64,000 bases of DNA from Dehalococcoidia bacterium (GCA_963668275.2 OY764155.1:224642-288641); one strand, 5' to 3'; shown: positions 8,912 to 18,771, counted from the first letter of the stretch. Numbers and translations: made by a program. Notes: a model not told the origin generated them from the sequence alone.

Positions 8912-9802
8912 ATGAGTCGAATCAATAGAGCAATCGAGCTTCTGGAACAGGACCAGCCGATCTACTACACTGGCGGGCATACGGGCGCGAACCTTAGCTA
9001 CGAGGGCGGCAAGGAAATGGCCTCCACCTACGCCGACTACATCAACGTCGGCATGGAACATGGCTCCTTCGATATGCGCGGCCTCGATGACTTCATGCGT
9101 GGCCTGGTGGACGGCGGCCCGACGAACAGCGGCCACCGCACGCCCGCGGTCGTCGTGGAAGTGCCGGTGGACGGCGCGAGCGGTGACGTCATCCGCGCCA
9201 ACGCATGGCAGTTCAGGCAGATACTCGCGCGCGGCGTTCACGGCATCCTGCTCTGCCACGCCGAGACGCCGGACGCGGTGAAGGCGTTCGTGGAGTCCTG
9301 CCGCTACCCGTTCCAGACCGTAGGCGTCGGCAAGGGCCTGGACGTAGGCAGGCGCGGCTCGGCGGGACAGGGTTCCGCCGCTCCCATCTGGGGCGTGTCG
9401 GTGGACGAGTACCTGGACAAGGCCGACCCGTGGCCGCTGAACCCAAACGGCGAGTTGATGCTCGGCCTGAAGATAGAGAACACCCGCGCGCTGCTCAACG
9501 CAGAGGTGACGACCCAGGTTCCGGGCATAGCCTTCACCGAATGGGGCCCGGGCGACATGAGTATGTCCATGGGCTACAAGAACGCTCCGGGCGAACCCTG
9601 GCCCGATGAACTCTGGGAGGCGCGTGAGCGCGTCCGCAAGGCGTGCAAGAACGCCGGAATCGCCTTCCTGGAGGGCGCGACGCCGGACACCATAGCCGCC
9701 AAGATAGACGAAGGCGTCCGGGTCGTGTCCTCCGGCGGCCCGCTGGGCGAAGCCACCGCCAAGGCTGGCCGCGCCCACAGCGGCCGAACGATGCCTGTAT
9801 AA
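8912..9802 (+). CDS. HpcH/HpaI-family aldolase
   Basis: 296 aa; the layout ADYINVGMEHGSFDM ... VVVEVP ... ILARGVHGILLCHAETPD is typical of the HpcH/HpaI aldolase/citrate-lyase fold. Confidence 0.75.
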   Translation: MSRINRAIELLEQDQPIYYTGGHTGANLSYEGGKEMASTYADYINVGMEHGSFDMRGLDDFMRGLVDGGPTNSGHRTPAVVVEVPVDGASGDVIRANAWQFRQILARGVHGILLCHAETPDAVKAFVESCRYPFQTVGVGKGLDVGRRGSAGQGSAAPIWGVSVDEYLDKADPWPLNPNGELMLGLKIENTRALLNAEVTTQVPGIAFTEWGPGDMSMSMGYKNAPGEPWPDELWEARERVRKACKNAGIAFLEGATPDTIAAKIDEGVRVVSSGGPLGEATAKAGRAHSGRTMPV

Positions 9803-9898
9803 CCGCACGATGAAAGCCTGCGTTGGGATACTCCCAATGCAGGCTGAAATTCACCAAGCCGCCTTGCTTGTATTATTCCGACGGGCTATCATGGTTGC

Positions 9899-10189
9899 AT
9901 GAAGATTACATTCACCATATCAGACTTGAAATCGGATCCTCGCTGGGTTCTGGAATACGTGCAGAGAGAAGGCAAGGCTGCGAATATCGCCTGCGATGGG
10001 GAGATCGTCGCGGAGATTCGTCCGGTGGAGCCGAGGAAGTACACCACTGAACAGCGTATGAAAGAGCTACGATATCGGGGCGTCATACGGGGTTCGGGCG
10101 AACCCCGACGACCGTTCAAACCCGGGAAGCCTTCTCCCGGTGCACTGGCGCGGTTCTTAGCTGAACGCGAGGCTGGATACAAAGAGTGA
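9899..10189 (+). CDS. type II antitoxin (Phd/YefM-like N-terminus)
   Basis: 96 aa, overlaps the downstream PIN gene by 4 nt. Confidence 0.7.
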   Translation: MKITFTISDLKSDPRWVLEYVQREGKAANIACDGEIVAEIRPVEPRKYTTEQRMKELRYRGVIRGSGEPRRPFKPGKPSPGALARFLAEREAGYKE

Positions 10190-10566
10190 GCGATGCGTAT
10201 GTTGATACGTCCGCTATTCTGTCCGTCGAATTCAGCGAGCCCGGATACGAGACAGTTATAGAACGACTGGATAGTTTTTCTCGTCTGGTATCATCCAATT
10301 TATTGGAAGCTGAGGTCAGGGCCGGGTTTGCCAGAGATGGGCGAACGTTCGACTCTATGGCCTTATCCAACATCGAATGGGTGTCCGCTGACCGTCCTCT
10401 AGGACCCGAGTTCGAGAGGGTATTGGAGGCTGGCTATCTGCGGGGCGCTGACCTTTGGCACGTTGCTACCGCGTTGCATATATCTGGTGAACCGTCGGAA
10501 GTCACTTTCCTTACTCTGGACCGCCGGCAGGGGGAAGTCGCGGCGGCGCTAGGGTTTCGGGTCTAG
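10186..10566 (+). CDS. vapC: PIN-domain toxin VapC
   Basis: YVDTSAILSV N-terminal acidic motif, LLEAEV, and GADLWHVATAL. 126 aa. Confidence 0.85.
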   Translation: MSDAYVDTSAILSVEFSEPGYETVIERLDSFSRLVSSNLLEAEVRAGFARDGRTFDSMALSNIEWVSADRPLGPEFERVLEAGYLRGADLWHVATALHISGEPSEVTFLTLDRRQGEVAAALGFRV

Positions 10567-10580
10567 CGCGTGTTGTTCTA

Positions 10581-11147
10581 TCACTGCCAGCCACGAGAAC
10601 AGGGTCCGCTTCTGTTGCGCTTGAATTGTCTCCGTCTGTTGTTGGGTGGTGTTCCATATCTTCTTTCGAAGGCTTTGTGTATCCACTGTTGAATGCGAGC
10701 AGGCGCCCACGGGTTCGGCCACTTGTAGATGCGTGCGTATGGATCGTTTCCACCACGATTATCTGCTAACCTCGGAGGCACTAGATGGCGGTGGGGTTGT
10801 TTCCTGTTTGATTTGTAGTTGGGATGATTAGGAAGCAATATGCCCAACAAGCCGCACCTAGAATTTCTCTTAGTATCGCGCAGGCTTGAACCAATCTCCC
10901 AATCCACGTGCTTACGCTGCCAAGTACAGGGACCTATCAGCACAATGGTCACGGTTGCATCACGAATGAATTCATCGCGAATTTTCTGGCGAACCGTATC
11001 TGTCTTGATATTAGTATCATCTATATCATTAACGTTCACCGATTTGTCAATGATACGTCCCTTCATAAGTCTGAGGAATCGCTCTTTGTACTCTCTATCT
11101 TCATCGTGATAGCTGATGAAAACGTTGTGTCTTGGGATTTGAGCCAC
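10581..11147 (-). CDS. ThsB-like TIR domain protein (DUF1863/MTH538 TIR-like)
   Basis: GTG start with a GGAGG SD 6 nt upstream. HNVFISYHDED..., ATVTIVLIGPCTWQRKHVDWEIGSSL and GLLGILLP parallel B. cereus ThsB blocks (VFFSFHYQD / VTCVLIGSQTFNRRWVRYEI / IIGIHI), including the conserved Glu. Confidence 0.85.
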   Translation of the reverse strand: MAQIPRHNVFISYHDEDREYKERFLRLMKGRIIDKSVNVNDIDDTNIKTDTVRQKIRDEFIRDATVTIVLIGPCTWQRKHVDWEIGSSLRDTKRNSRCGLLGILLPNHPNYKSNRKQPHRHLVPPRLADNRGGNDPYARIYKWPNPWAPARIQQWIHKAFERRYGTPPNNRRRQFKRNRSGPCSRGWQ

Positions 11148-11170
11148 AGTTATCCTCCCTCAAGACATAC

Positions 11171-11611
11171 TCATGAAATCACGACCTGCCAGACGATTAT
11201 CACTGTCAACCCAAGCGGAATGTAGAACGGGTAGACCGAAAACGACCGCGCGCTTCTCCAAGCATGGCGCCATACAGAACCGGTCGGCTTCACATTGTAC
11301 AGAGCGGACATGGACAACTGGCCTTTGTGCAGATTTTCGACGAAGGCGTTGTAAGAGTTGCGGAATCTTTGTTCCAGAGAGAGGTAGTAGGTGTCCAGAA
11401 TCAGGAATAGGAGCGCGGGGATCAGGGCGATGAGCGCGTGGTCGGGTTTCTCCGTTCGCGCAACCAAGACAAGAACCGCCGCCACAATAGTTACGCACCA
11501 CACCTTGCAGGAGCGGCTGTTTTCGGCCATACGCTGGATTACGCCCTGCATGATGGTGATGTGGGTCTGAACCGCTTGGGATTCGGCGTTGAGATTTGAG
11601 TTCTCTGCCAT
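11171..11611 (-). CDS. small 3-TM membrane protein, putative effector partner of the TIR gene
   Basis: 146 aa. An amphipathic N-terminus is followed by CVTIVAAVLVLVA, ALIALIPALLFLILDTYYLSL and PFYIPLGLTVIIVWQVVI hydrophobic segments. Its stop is 23 nt from the TIR start, on the same strand. Confidence 0.65.
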   Translation of the reverse strand: MAENSNLNAESQAVQTHITIMQGVIQRMAENSRSCKVWCVTIVAAVLVLVARTEKPDHALIALIPALLFLILDTYYLSLEQRFRNSYNAFVENLHKGQLSMSALYNVKPTGSVWRHAWRSARSFSVYPFYIPLGLTVIIVWQVVIS

Positions 11612-11648
11612 GCTGTCCCCCTTTCTACATAGAATATCACACTAGGAG

Positions 11649-12950
11649 CTAAGGTATGTGCGGGGCGTACTCCTCCCCGATATGCCCCGCTTCCACCAGT
11701 GCGTCGTACTCGGCGTCCGACAGCTTTAGCAGCGTCTTGTAAACATACTCATTGTCCTGTCCCAACTTGACAGGGCCGCGCCGGATTCGGACGTCGCTCT
11801 CCGACATCTTGAAGGGAGCGCGGGGGTAGCGGTGGGTTCCGACGTCTGACTGGTAGGCTTCCTCGAACATGGCCCTGGCCGCCAGGTGCTGGTCTTCCGT
11901 CGCGTCTCGCTGGTCGAGGACGGCGCCCGCCGCTACTCCGTAGGACTGGAGCAGGGACATAGCATCCCGGTGGTTTCGGTCGCGCGTCCATTCCGAGATG
12001 CGCTCGTCCAGCGCGTCGTGATTCTCGCGCCTCGATTCGCGCGTGGCGAACTGCGGCTCGCGCGCCCACTCCGGATTGCCTATCGCCTCGCGGAACAATT
12101 CCCAGTCCCTGTCGTCGAAGATGGTGATAGCTATCCAGCGGTCTTCGCCTTCGCAGGGATACACGCCCTGGAGCGCGGTCGGATGGCGGTTGCCCAGAGT
12201 GGCCTGGCTGCGACCGTTCATCGAATAGTCCATGAACGCCTGCCCCAAGTACGGGACGGCGTTCTCGGCCTGCGAAAGCTCCATTAGCTGGCCCTCTCCG
12301 GTGCGGCGGCGATGGTTCAGGGCGCACGCTACTGCGAACGCTCCGCCAGCTCCCGCCGCCGCGTCCGCCATATACACCTGCGTGTTCGCGGACGGATCGA
12401 GGTCGGTGTAGCCTCTGAGCAGGCTGTGTCCTATGACGCCCTCGATGTGGATGCCCAGCGAGCGGTGGTTCTGGTACGGCCCCGTGTTGCCGTATGCGGG
12501 CATTCTCAGCATGATGAAAGCGGGGTTTATCTCCTTGAGTTCGTCGTAGGATATGCCCAGCTTTTGCATCGTCTCGGTGGGGTTGTTCTCCACCAGCACG
12601 TCGCTGAGGGCCACCATGCGGTTGAATATCTCCTTGCCCTCGGGCCTGAGCAGGTCAACGGTCATGCTCAGCTTGTTGCGCGCGTGCGCGTTGAACAGCG
12701 GGTAGCGATTCCAGGGACGGGCGCCGCCCTCGCGGTTGGGCATACCGCCTATGAACGGGGGCAGATTCTTGATGACAAACTCCGGCGGGCGCGCCGAAGA
12801 GCCGCGCGTGGGAGGGCCGAATACCTGGATTGACTCGACGCGAATGACCTCCGCGCCCAGGTCGGCCAGCAGCGTCGTGCAGTACGGCCCGGCCCATACG
12901 ACGGTCATATCGAGCACCCGAATTCCCTCAAGCGGTAAACGTTGCGTCAC
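11649..12950 (-). CDS. family III CoA-transferase (CaiB/BaiF)
   Basis: LEGIRVLDMTVVWAGPYCTTLLADLGAEVIRVE is the canonical N-terminus. Confidence 0.9.
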   Translation of the reverse strand: MTQRLPLEGIRVLDMTVVWAGPYCTTLLADLGAEVIRVESIQVFGPPTRGSSARPPEFVIKNLPPFIGGMPNREGGARPWNRYPLFNAHARNKLSMTVDLLRPEGKEIFNRMVALSDVLVENNPTETMQKLGISYDELKEINPAFIMLRMPAYGNTGPYQNHRSLGIHIEGVIGHSLLRGYTDLDPSANTQVYMADAAAGAGGAFAVACALNHRRRTGEGQLMELSQAENAVPYLGQAFMDYSMNGRSQATLGNRHPTALQGVYPCEGEDRWIAITIFDDRDWELFREAIGNPEWAREPQFATRESRRENHDALDERISEWTRDRNHRDAMSLLQSYGVAAGAVLDQRDATEDQHLAARAMFEEAYQSDVGTHRYPRAPFKMSESDVRIRRGPVKLGQDNEYVYKTLLKLSDAEYDALVEAGHIGEEYAPHIP

Positions 12951-14170
12951 ACTATCCCTCCCTCTCTGAGCGAGCCGATTTGGGACTCCGAAAGGCCCAG
13001 TTCGGCCAGAATTTCGTCGGTATGCTGACCGAGCAGCGGCGCGGGCCGCCTGATAGCCCAGGGCGTCGCGCCCATCATGAACGGCCTGCCCGGGTATCTG
13101 AGCGTTCCGGCTTCAGGATGCTCCGCCTCCGCGAACGCGCCGCGCTCGTGGAAGATCGGGTCGTGCTGAAGGTCTTCCATCGTGTTCAGCGGACCGCTGA
13201 GGACGCGGGACTTCTGCGCCCGTTCCCAGATTTCAGCCTTGTTTCGCTCCATGAGCCAGGGGTAGAACACGGCGTCGAACAGCCCCTGCATATCCTCGTC
13301 GGCCTGCGCTTCGGGGGTTATCCACTCGTCGCCCAACAGTTCTTCGGGGTAATCGAGCATATCCAGGACGCGCGGGAAGTAGTTGCCGCCGCCCGTGAAC
13401 TGGAAGAAGCCGTCCGCGCAGGGATAGACGCCGGACGGATAGCCCCCGGAACCCGTCGCCGAACCGAGCGGCGCGCGCTCGGTTATCTCGCCGTTGTACT
13501 GGTAGGCCAGCAGCATACTCATGCGCCGGTCTATCGAGCCTGCCTGCGTCTCCATGATGGATACGTCAATATGCTGTCCGCTTCCGCCGTCGCGGGCGGC
13601 GAATATGGCCCCCAGAGTGGCGTAGGCGGCGATGGTTCCCGCCTGGTACAGGCCGACCGTGCCGCCCAGCTTGAGCGGCTCCTTCTCGCTGACGCCCGTG
13701 GAGTAGAGTTCGCCGCCCATGCCGTAGAAGATTAGCTCCGAGCCGCGCCAGTCGCGGTACGGCCCTGTTTGTCCGAAGTTGGAAATAGAGGTCAGCGCCA
13801 GCGACGGGTTGACTTCTGCGAGCGCTTCATAACCCAGCCCAAGACGCTCCATGGTTCCGGGGCGAAAACTCTCCACCACGGCGTCGGCGCGGGCGGCTAG
13901 GTCGAGCGCTATCCGCCGCCCCTCATCCGACTTCAGATCCAGAGTAATAGAGCGCTTGTTGGTGTTGAGATGCAGAAAAGTCCCGCTCTTCTCCGGGTGC
14001 GGCGTGTCGTTCGGGAAAGGGCCGATGCGTCGCGCGCCGTCGCCCATTCCCGGCCGTTCGACCTTGACGACCTCTGCCCCGTAGTCAGCCAGCAACTTGG
14101 CGCAGTACGGGCCGGCGATGTAATGGGTGAAGTCGAGAACCGTGATGTCGGACAGCGCGTATTGAGTCAA
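12947..14170 (-). CDS. family III CoA-transferase (CaiB/BaiF)
   Basis: LSDITVLDFTHYIAGPYCAKLLADYGAEVVKVE. Overlaps its paralog by 4 nt. Confidence 0.9.
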   Translation of the reverse strand: MTQYALSDITVLDFTHYIAGPYCAKLLADYGAEVVKVERPGMGDGARRIGPFPNDTPHPEKSGTFLHLNTNKRSITLDLKSDEGRRIALDLAARADAVVESFRPGTMERLGLGYEALAEVNPSLALTSISNFGQTGPYRDWRGSELIFYGMGGELYSTGVSEKEPLKLGGTVGLYQAGTIAAYATLGAIFAARDGGSGQHIDVSIMETQAGSIDRRMSMLLAYQYNGEITERAPLGSATGSGGYPSGVYPCADGFFQFTGGGNYFPRVLDMLDYPEELLGDEWITPEAQADEDMQGLFDAVFYPWLMERNKAEIWERAQKSRVLSGPLNTMEDLQHDPIFHERGAFAEAEHPEAGTLRYPGRPFMMGATPWAIRRPAPLLGQHTDEILAELGLSESQIGSLREGGIV

Positions 14171-14437
14171 TGAAACCTACCCCGGAATTTGTGTGAGCGG
14201 ATAATACAATACCACAATATGAGAATGGACTAAGGACACGGGCAAATGGAAGATGTTGGCGCGCTGACCGGAATGGTCTCTGCCGCCGCCGGGCGTTGCC
14301 CCTGTCCTATGTACAAGAAGGCGCGCGTCGGAAATGCCCGAAATCGGCGAGTTGTGGCAGAGCCGCGCTCTTGATATATTATTTCCTGAACAATTGGCTT
14401 GTTTGCAATCCTTGATTCCCCCGATGGAGGATATTCC

Positions 14438-16942
14438 ATGACGTTCAAGAAGTGTTTCCTGTTAGCGACTACTTTCAGCCTGCTGCTGGTCGCCGTCATA
14501 GCGGTGGCGGGCGCGGATAGAGCCATCCTCGCGGCTCCGAGCGGGCAGGCTGGCCCGTCAACTTCCACCCCCACATACGCGGACTGGGAGAACTACACGG
14601 TGGACTACGTGAACCGCGCTATAGACCTTTACGACCAGCGCGGCCTGGAAGCGGTGCAGGCGTACTACAACAGCGCCGAGAGTCATGTGGGCGAATGGTA
14701 TCTGTTCGCGATAGACGAGAACGACATATACGTCCTTCATGGCCTGTTACCCCACCTCATCGGCACGGACATCAAGCTCGTGGTTGATTCGACCGGATAT
14801 GAACTGGGCAAGGATATAGCCAAGGCGACGGAGGCAGGTCGCTGGATAGAGTACCTGTGGCCGCATCCGGCGACGCTTACCGAGGTTCCGAAGGTGGCCT
14901 ACGCCAAGCGGCATGACGGGTATGTGTTCGCGTCGGGCTACTATCCCGTCCCCGGCGAACCCGCGGCGTACACCCAGGGCTACGTTCAGAAGGCGATAGA
15001 CAAGTACGACAGCGATGGTCTGGACGCGACGGTCTCCTACTACAACAGCCGCGAGAGCCTGGACAATCAGTGGTATCTGCGGCTGTTAAGCGTGGCCGAT
15101 AAGACTGTGCTGGCTGACGGGTTGCCTCCGAACCTGCTGGTGGGCGCGAACGCCACAGACCTGACCGACCCACAAGGGTTCAATTTCGGACAGGCGCTGT
15201 TAGCGGCGCCGGAGGACGGCTACTGGTTCCAGATGTCGTTCTTCAGCAGCCTGGATTCAGGGGTCACCAGGATAAATGTGTGGGCGGTTCGGCGTGACGG
15301 GTACATATTCGCGTCGAGCTACTTCACCGGCGTTATCGCGCCGCCGTCAACGCCGACACCCACTGCCACCGGTACGCCGATGCCCACCCCGACGCCCGAG
15401 CCCATAGACGTGGACGAAGTGATAGCGGAAGACCCGTTCGGCCTCCTCGTCGCGATTCTTAGCAACGCATACGAAAATGGCTACCTGTCCGACACGCTGA
15501 GCGGCCTGCTGGTCAACCTGTTCATTGACAGCTTTATCATGTCGAATACGGGCGAGACCAGAGAAGAGGTCGTGTACAGGATCGCCATCGAAGGGCCGGC
15601 GGCGGACAGGGCCGCGCTGGTCGCGCTGTTCAACGCCACGAACGGCGCGAACTGGGATAAAAACGGCAACTGGCTGACCGACGAGCCGCTTTCCGAATGG
15701 TACGGCATAACCACCGACCTCTCGGGCCGGGTCACGAAGGTGGAGTTGGGCGACAACGATTTGAGGGGCGCGCTGCCCGCCGAACTGGGCAACCTCGCCA
15801 ACCTGACGACTCTGGACCTTCGTCGCAACCGGCTGGACGGCGAGATTCCCCCCGAACTGGGCAACCTCTCCAACCTCACGACTCTGTACCTGTTCGGAAC
15901 CAAAATAAGCGGAGAGATACCGCGCGAGCTTGCCAACCTGACCAATCTGGAAAAGCTTCTGCTCTACTCCAATGACCTGAGCGGCGAGATTCCTGCCTGG
16001 CTGGCGGAGTTGACCAACCTGAAGGTGCTGGACCTCGATGACAACGCCTTTACAGGCGAGATTCCCGCCGAACTGGGCAATCTCACAGAATTGGAAGATC
16101 TGTGGCTGGCGAGAAACAAGCTGAGCGGCCCCATACCGCCTGAATTTGGCGATCTCACAGAACTGAACCTGCTGATGCTCTTCGATAACGAGTTGAGCGG
16201 CTCCATACCGGCGGAACTGGGCAACCTCTCCAAGCTGGAATGGATGTATCTCTCGGATAACAAACTGAGCGGCTCCATACCGGCGGAACTGGGCAATCTC
16301 GCTCAGCTGGAACGGCTTTCTTTCTGGGATAACCAGTTGAGCGGTTCCATACCGGCGGAACTGGGCAATCTCTCCGAACTGGTGTTGCTCTCGATCTCGG
16401 ATAACAAACTGAGCGGATCCATCCCCGCGGAACTGGGCAATCTGCCCAAGCTGGAACGGATGTATCTCTACGATAACGAGTTGACCGGTCCCATACCATA
16501 CGAACTGGGCAGCCTCTCCAGCCTGAAATACCTGTTCCTCAGGAACAACCAGTTGACAGGTTCCATACCGTACGAACTGGGCAGCCTGTCTAAACTGGAG
16601 ATACTGTCCATCAGGAACAACCAGTTGAGCGGCTCCATACCGTACGAACTGGGCAATCTCACGAATCTGGAAGGTCTGACCCTCAGCGATAACGAATTGA
16701 GCGGGAGGATACCGGCGGAACTGGGCAACCTGTCCAACCTGGAGACGCTTTACATCAGCGGCAACCGGTTGACGGGCTGCATACCGTCGGAACTGCGGGA
16801 CGTTTCCGACAACGACTTCGAGGATCTCGACCCGCTTCTTCCGTTCTGTGATTCTGAAGGAACGCCGTCGGGCGCTTCGTCAAACACGGGGCTGTCTGCC
16901 GAAAACCCGATACTGATGCCGGTCAAGGTAATTGGTCCTTAG
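14438..16942 (+). CDS. secreted protein: two Cache-like domains, a Pro/Thr linker, and about 17 plant-type 24-residue LRRs
   Basis: Start moved to MTFKKCFLLATTFSLLLVAVIAVAG (signal peptide, GGAGG SD 7 nt upstream). Repeated LxxLxxLxLxxNxLSGSIPAELGNL units. Confidence 0.85.
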   Translation: MTFKKCFLLATTFSLLLVAVIAVAGADRAILAAPSGQAGPSTSTPTYADWENYTVDYVNRAIDLYDQRGLEAVQAYYNSAESHVGEWYLFAIDENDIYVLHGLLPHLIGTDIKLVVDSTGYELGKDIAKATEAGRWIEYLWPHPATLTEVPKVAYAKRHDGYVFASGYYPVPGEPAAYTQGYVQKAIDKYDSDGLDATVSYYNSRESLDNQWYLRLLSVADKTVLADGLPPNLLVGANATDLTDPQGFNFGQALLAAPEDGYWFQMSFFSSLDSGVTRINVWAVRRDGYIFASSYFTGVIAPPSTPTPTATGTPMPTPTPEPIDVDEVIAEDPFGLLVAILSNAYENGYLSDTLSGLLVNLFIDSFIMSNTGETREEVVYRIAIEGPAADRAALVALFNATNGANWDKNGNWLTDEPLSEWYGITTDLSGRVTKVELGDNDLRGALPAELGNLANLTTLDLRRNRLDGEIPPELGNLSNLTTLYLFGTKISGEIPRELANLTNLEKLLLYSNDLSGEIPAWLAELTNLKVLDLDDNAFTGEIPAELGNLTELEDLWLARNKLSGPIPPEFGDLTELNLLMLFDNELSGSIPAELGNLSKLEWMYLSDNKLSGSIPAELGNLAQLERLSFWDNQLSGSIPAELGNLSELVLLSISDNKLSGSIPAELGNLPKLERMYLYDNELTGPIPYELGSLSSLKYLFLRNNQLTGSIPYELGSLSKLEILSIRNNQLSGSIPYELGNLTNLEGLTLSDNELSGRIPAELGNLSNLETLYISGNRLTGCIPSELRDVSDNDFEDLDPLLPFCDSEGTPSGASSNTGLSAENPILMPVKVIGP

Positions 16943-16956
16943 GCGAATGAAGCGCA

Positions 16957-16989
16957 AAGCGGGAGGGCGTATCTCACGCCTTCCCGCTT
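16957..16989 (+). terminator. terminator-like hairpin after the LRR gene
   Basis: 13-bp stem AAGCGGGAGGGCG / CGCCTTCCCGCTT with a 7-nt loop. No clear U-tract. Confidence 0.35.
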
Positions 16990-17062
16990 GTGAAGCGCCC
17001 CGCCGCGTCCGCGCTGATTTAGCTACAATGACCCCATAACTCCCAATCAAAGGACAGCCATC

Positions 17063-18397
17063 ATGCCCACGTCAATCGAACAACGCTTCTTCGAACTTCA
17101 TCCCAAGTCCGCCGAGATGCACGAATCGGCCCGCTCCCTGTTCCCGAACGGGGTGACTCACGACGCCCGCCGTCAGAACCCGTTCCAGCTCTACTACACC
17201 CACGCCGAGGGCGCGGCCAAGTACGACGTGGACGGCAACCGCATCCTGGACTACTTCCCAGGACACGGCGCGCTCATACTGGGCCACTCCCGCCCGGAGG
17301 TCGTCAGCGCGGTGCAGGAACAGATGGCCAGAGGCACCCACTTCTCAGGCTCCACCGAGCTTGAGATGCAGTGGGGCAACTGGGTCAGGGAGCTTATACC
17401 GACCGCCGAGAAAGTGCGCTTCCACAGCTCCGGCACCGAGGCCGACATGATGGCCATACGCATGGCGCGCGCCTACACCGGCAAGACGAAGGTCATAAAG
17501 TTCGAGGACCACTTCCACGGTTGGAGCGATTACTTGGTGGCTGGCTCCGAAGGTCTCGGCGGCATACCCGCCGAGACCCTCAGCACCATGATAGTGCTGC
17601 CCCCCAACGACATAGAGACGTTCGAGAGAACTCTCCAGAACGACGACGACATAGCCGCCGTCATCCTTGAGCCTACGGGCGCGCACATGGGCCTGGAGCC
17701 GATACTGCCCGAGTTTCTGAATCAACTGCGCGAGGTGACCGAGCGCTACGGCGTCGTCCTCATATTCGACGAGGTGGTGACCGGCTTCCGCGTATCGAGG
17801 GGCGGAGCGCAGGAGTACTTCGGCATACGCCCCGACCTCACCACGCTCGCCAAGATACTCGGCGGCGGCCTTCCCGGCGGCGCGGTCACAGGCAAGGCCG
17901 ACATCATCAACATGATAGAGGACAGGCCGGGCGACGCCGACTACAACCGCGACAGGCGAATAGCGCACAACGGCACGTTCAACGCCAATCCCATATCCGC
18001 CGCGGCCGGAGTCGCCGCGCTCGAAATCGTGGCGAACGAACCCATCAACGACACAGCCAACCTCCGCGCCGCCCAGCTAAAGGACGGCCTGAATGACCTG
18101 ATGGGACGCATGGAGATACCGGGCGGCGTGACCGGCATAGCCTCGCTCATGTTCCTGCGGCTCGGCGTGGATGTCCCTGAAAGCGACAGAGAATACTGCA
18201 TTCTCACTCCCGAGCAGATGGCCGAATCCATGGAGCCGGAGCGCGTCCGCCAGCTTACGCTGTCCCTCCTCAACCACGGCGTCCAGAGCGGCAACCGCTT
18301 CATCCTGACCGCCGCCCACACCGAGGACGACATAGCGCACACCGTCAGCGCCTACGAAAAGGCTTTCGACGAAATCAGGGGCATAGGACTGATATAG
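17063..18397 (+). CDS. class III (PLP) aminotransferase, glutamate-1-semialdehyde aminomutase-like
   Basis: 444 aa; VRFHSSGTEADMMAIRMARAYTGK and IFDEVVTGFR motifs. Confidence 0.88.
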   Translation: MPTSIEQRFFELHPKSAEMHESARSLFPNGVTHDARRQNPFQLYYTHAEGAAKYDVDGNRILDYFPGHGALILGHSRPEVVSAVQEQMARGTHFSGSTELEMQWGNWVRELIPTAEKVRFHSSGTEADMMAIRMARAYTGKTKVIKFEDHFHGWSDYLVAGSEGLGGIPAETLSTMIVLPPNDIETFERTLQNDDDIAAVILEPTGAHMGLEPILPEFLNQLREVTERYGVVLIFDEVVTGFRVSRGGAQEYFGIRPDLTTLAKILGGGLPGGAVTGKADIINMIEDRPGDADYNRDRRIAHNGTFNANPISAAAGVAALEIVANEPINDTANLRAAQLKDGLNDLMGRMEIPGGVTGIASLMFLRLGVDVPESDREYCILTPEQMAESMEPERVRQLTLSLLNHGVQSGNRFILTAAHTEDDIAHTVSAYEKAFDEIRGIGLI

Positions 18398-18398
18398 G

Positions 18399-18764
18399 TT
18401 GTCCTGGCTCCTAGTAGCGGTAGGCGGCGCGCTCGGCGCCCTGTCCAGGTACGCGCTCGACCGCGCCGTCACCGCCTACATAGGCCCCAACGTCCTCGGC
18501 ATATTCCTCATCAACATAGTCGGATCGTTCCTGCTTGGGATATTCGTCACCGCCTACGACGCGAACGGCTGGCCCATGTCCACCCGGCTTCTGGTAGCGG
18601 TGGGCTTCTTCGGCTCCTACACCACCTTCTCCACGCTGACCGTCGCCTCCGTCCAGCTCGCGCAGGGCGGAGACATCGCGCGCGCCGCCCTGAACATCCT
18701 GGGCAGCGTAGCCGTCGGACTCGCGGCGGCCTTCGCCGGCATACTGGTCGGACGCGCCCTCTGA
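18399..18764 (+). CDS. crcB: fluoride ion channel CrcB/FluC
   Basis: 121 aa, TTG start. VAVGGALGALSRYAL and GFFGSYTTFSTL motifs. Confidence 0.9.
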   Translation: MSWLLVAVGGALGALSRYALDRAVTAYIGPNVLGIFLINIVGSFLLGIFVTAYDANGWPMSTRLLVAVGFFGSYTTFSTLTVASVQLAQGGDIARAALNILGSVAVGLAAAFAGILVGRAL

Positions 18765-18771
18765 GCGCCCT

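Noticed and set aside
7697-9808. 703-aa ORF on the minus strand
   Set aside because: Only the C-terminal 356 aa are RF1. The N-terminal 347 aa are Arg/Ala/His-rich, typical of out-of-frame high-GC sequence, and lie antisense to the well-supported HpcH aldolase gene (8912-9802). The start was reassigned to 8767.
18390-18400. Fluoride riboswitch upstream of crcB
   Set aside because: crcB starts 1 nt after the aminotransferase stop, so there is no room for a leader. No crcB-motif sequence is seen upstream of 17063 either.
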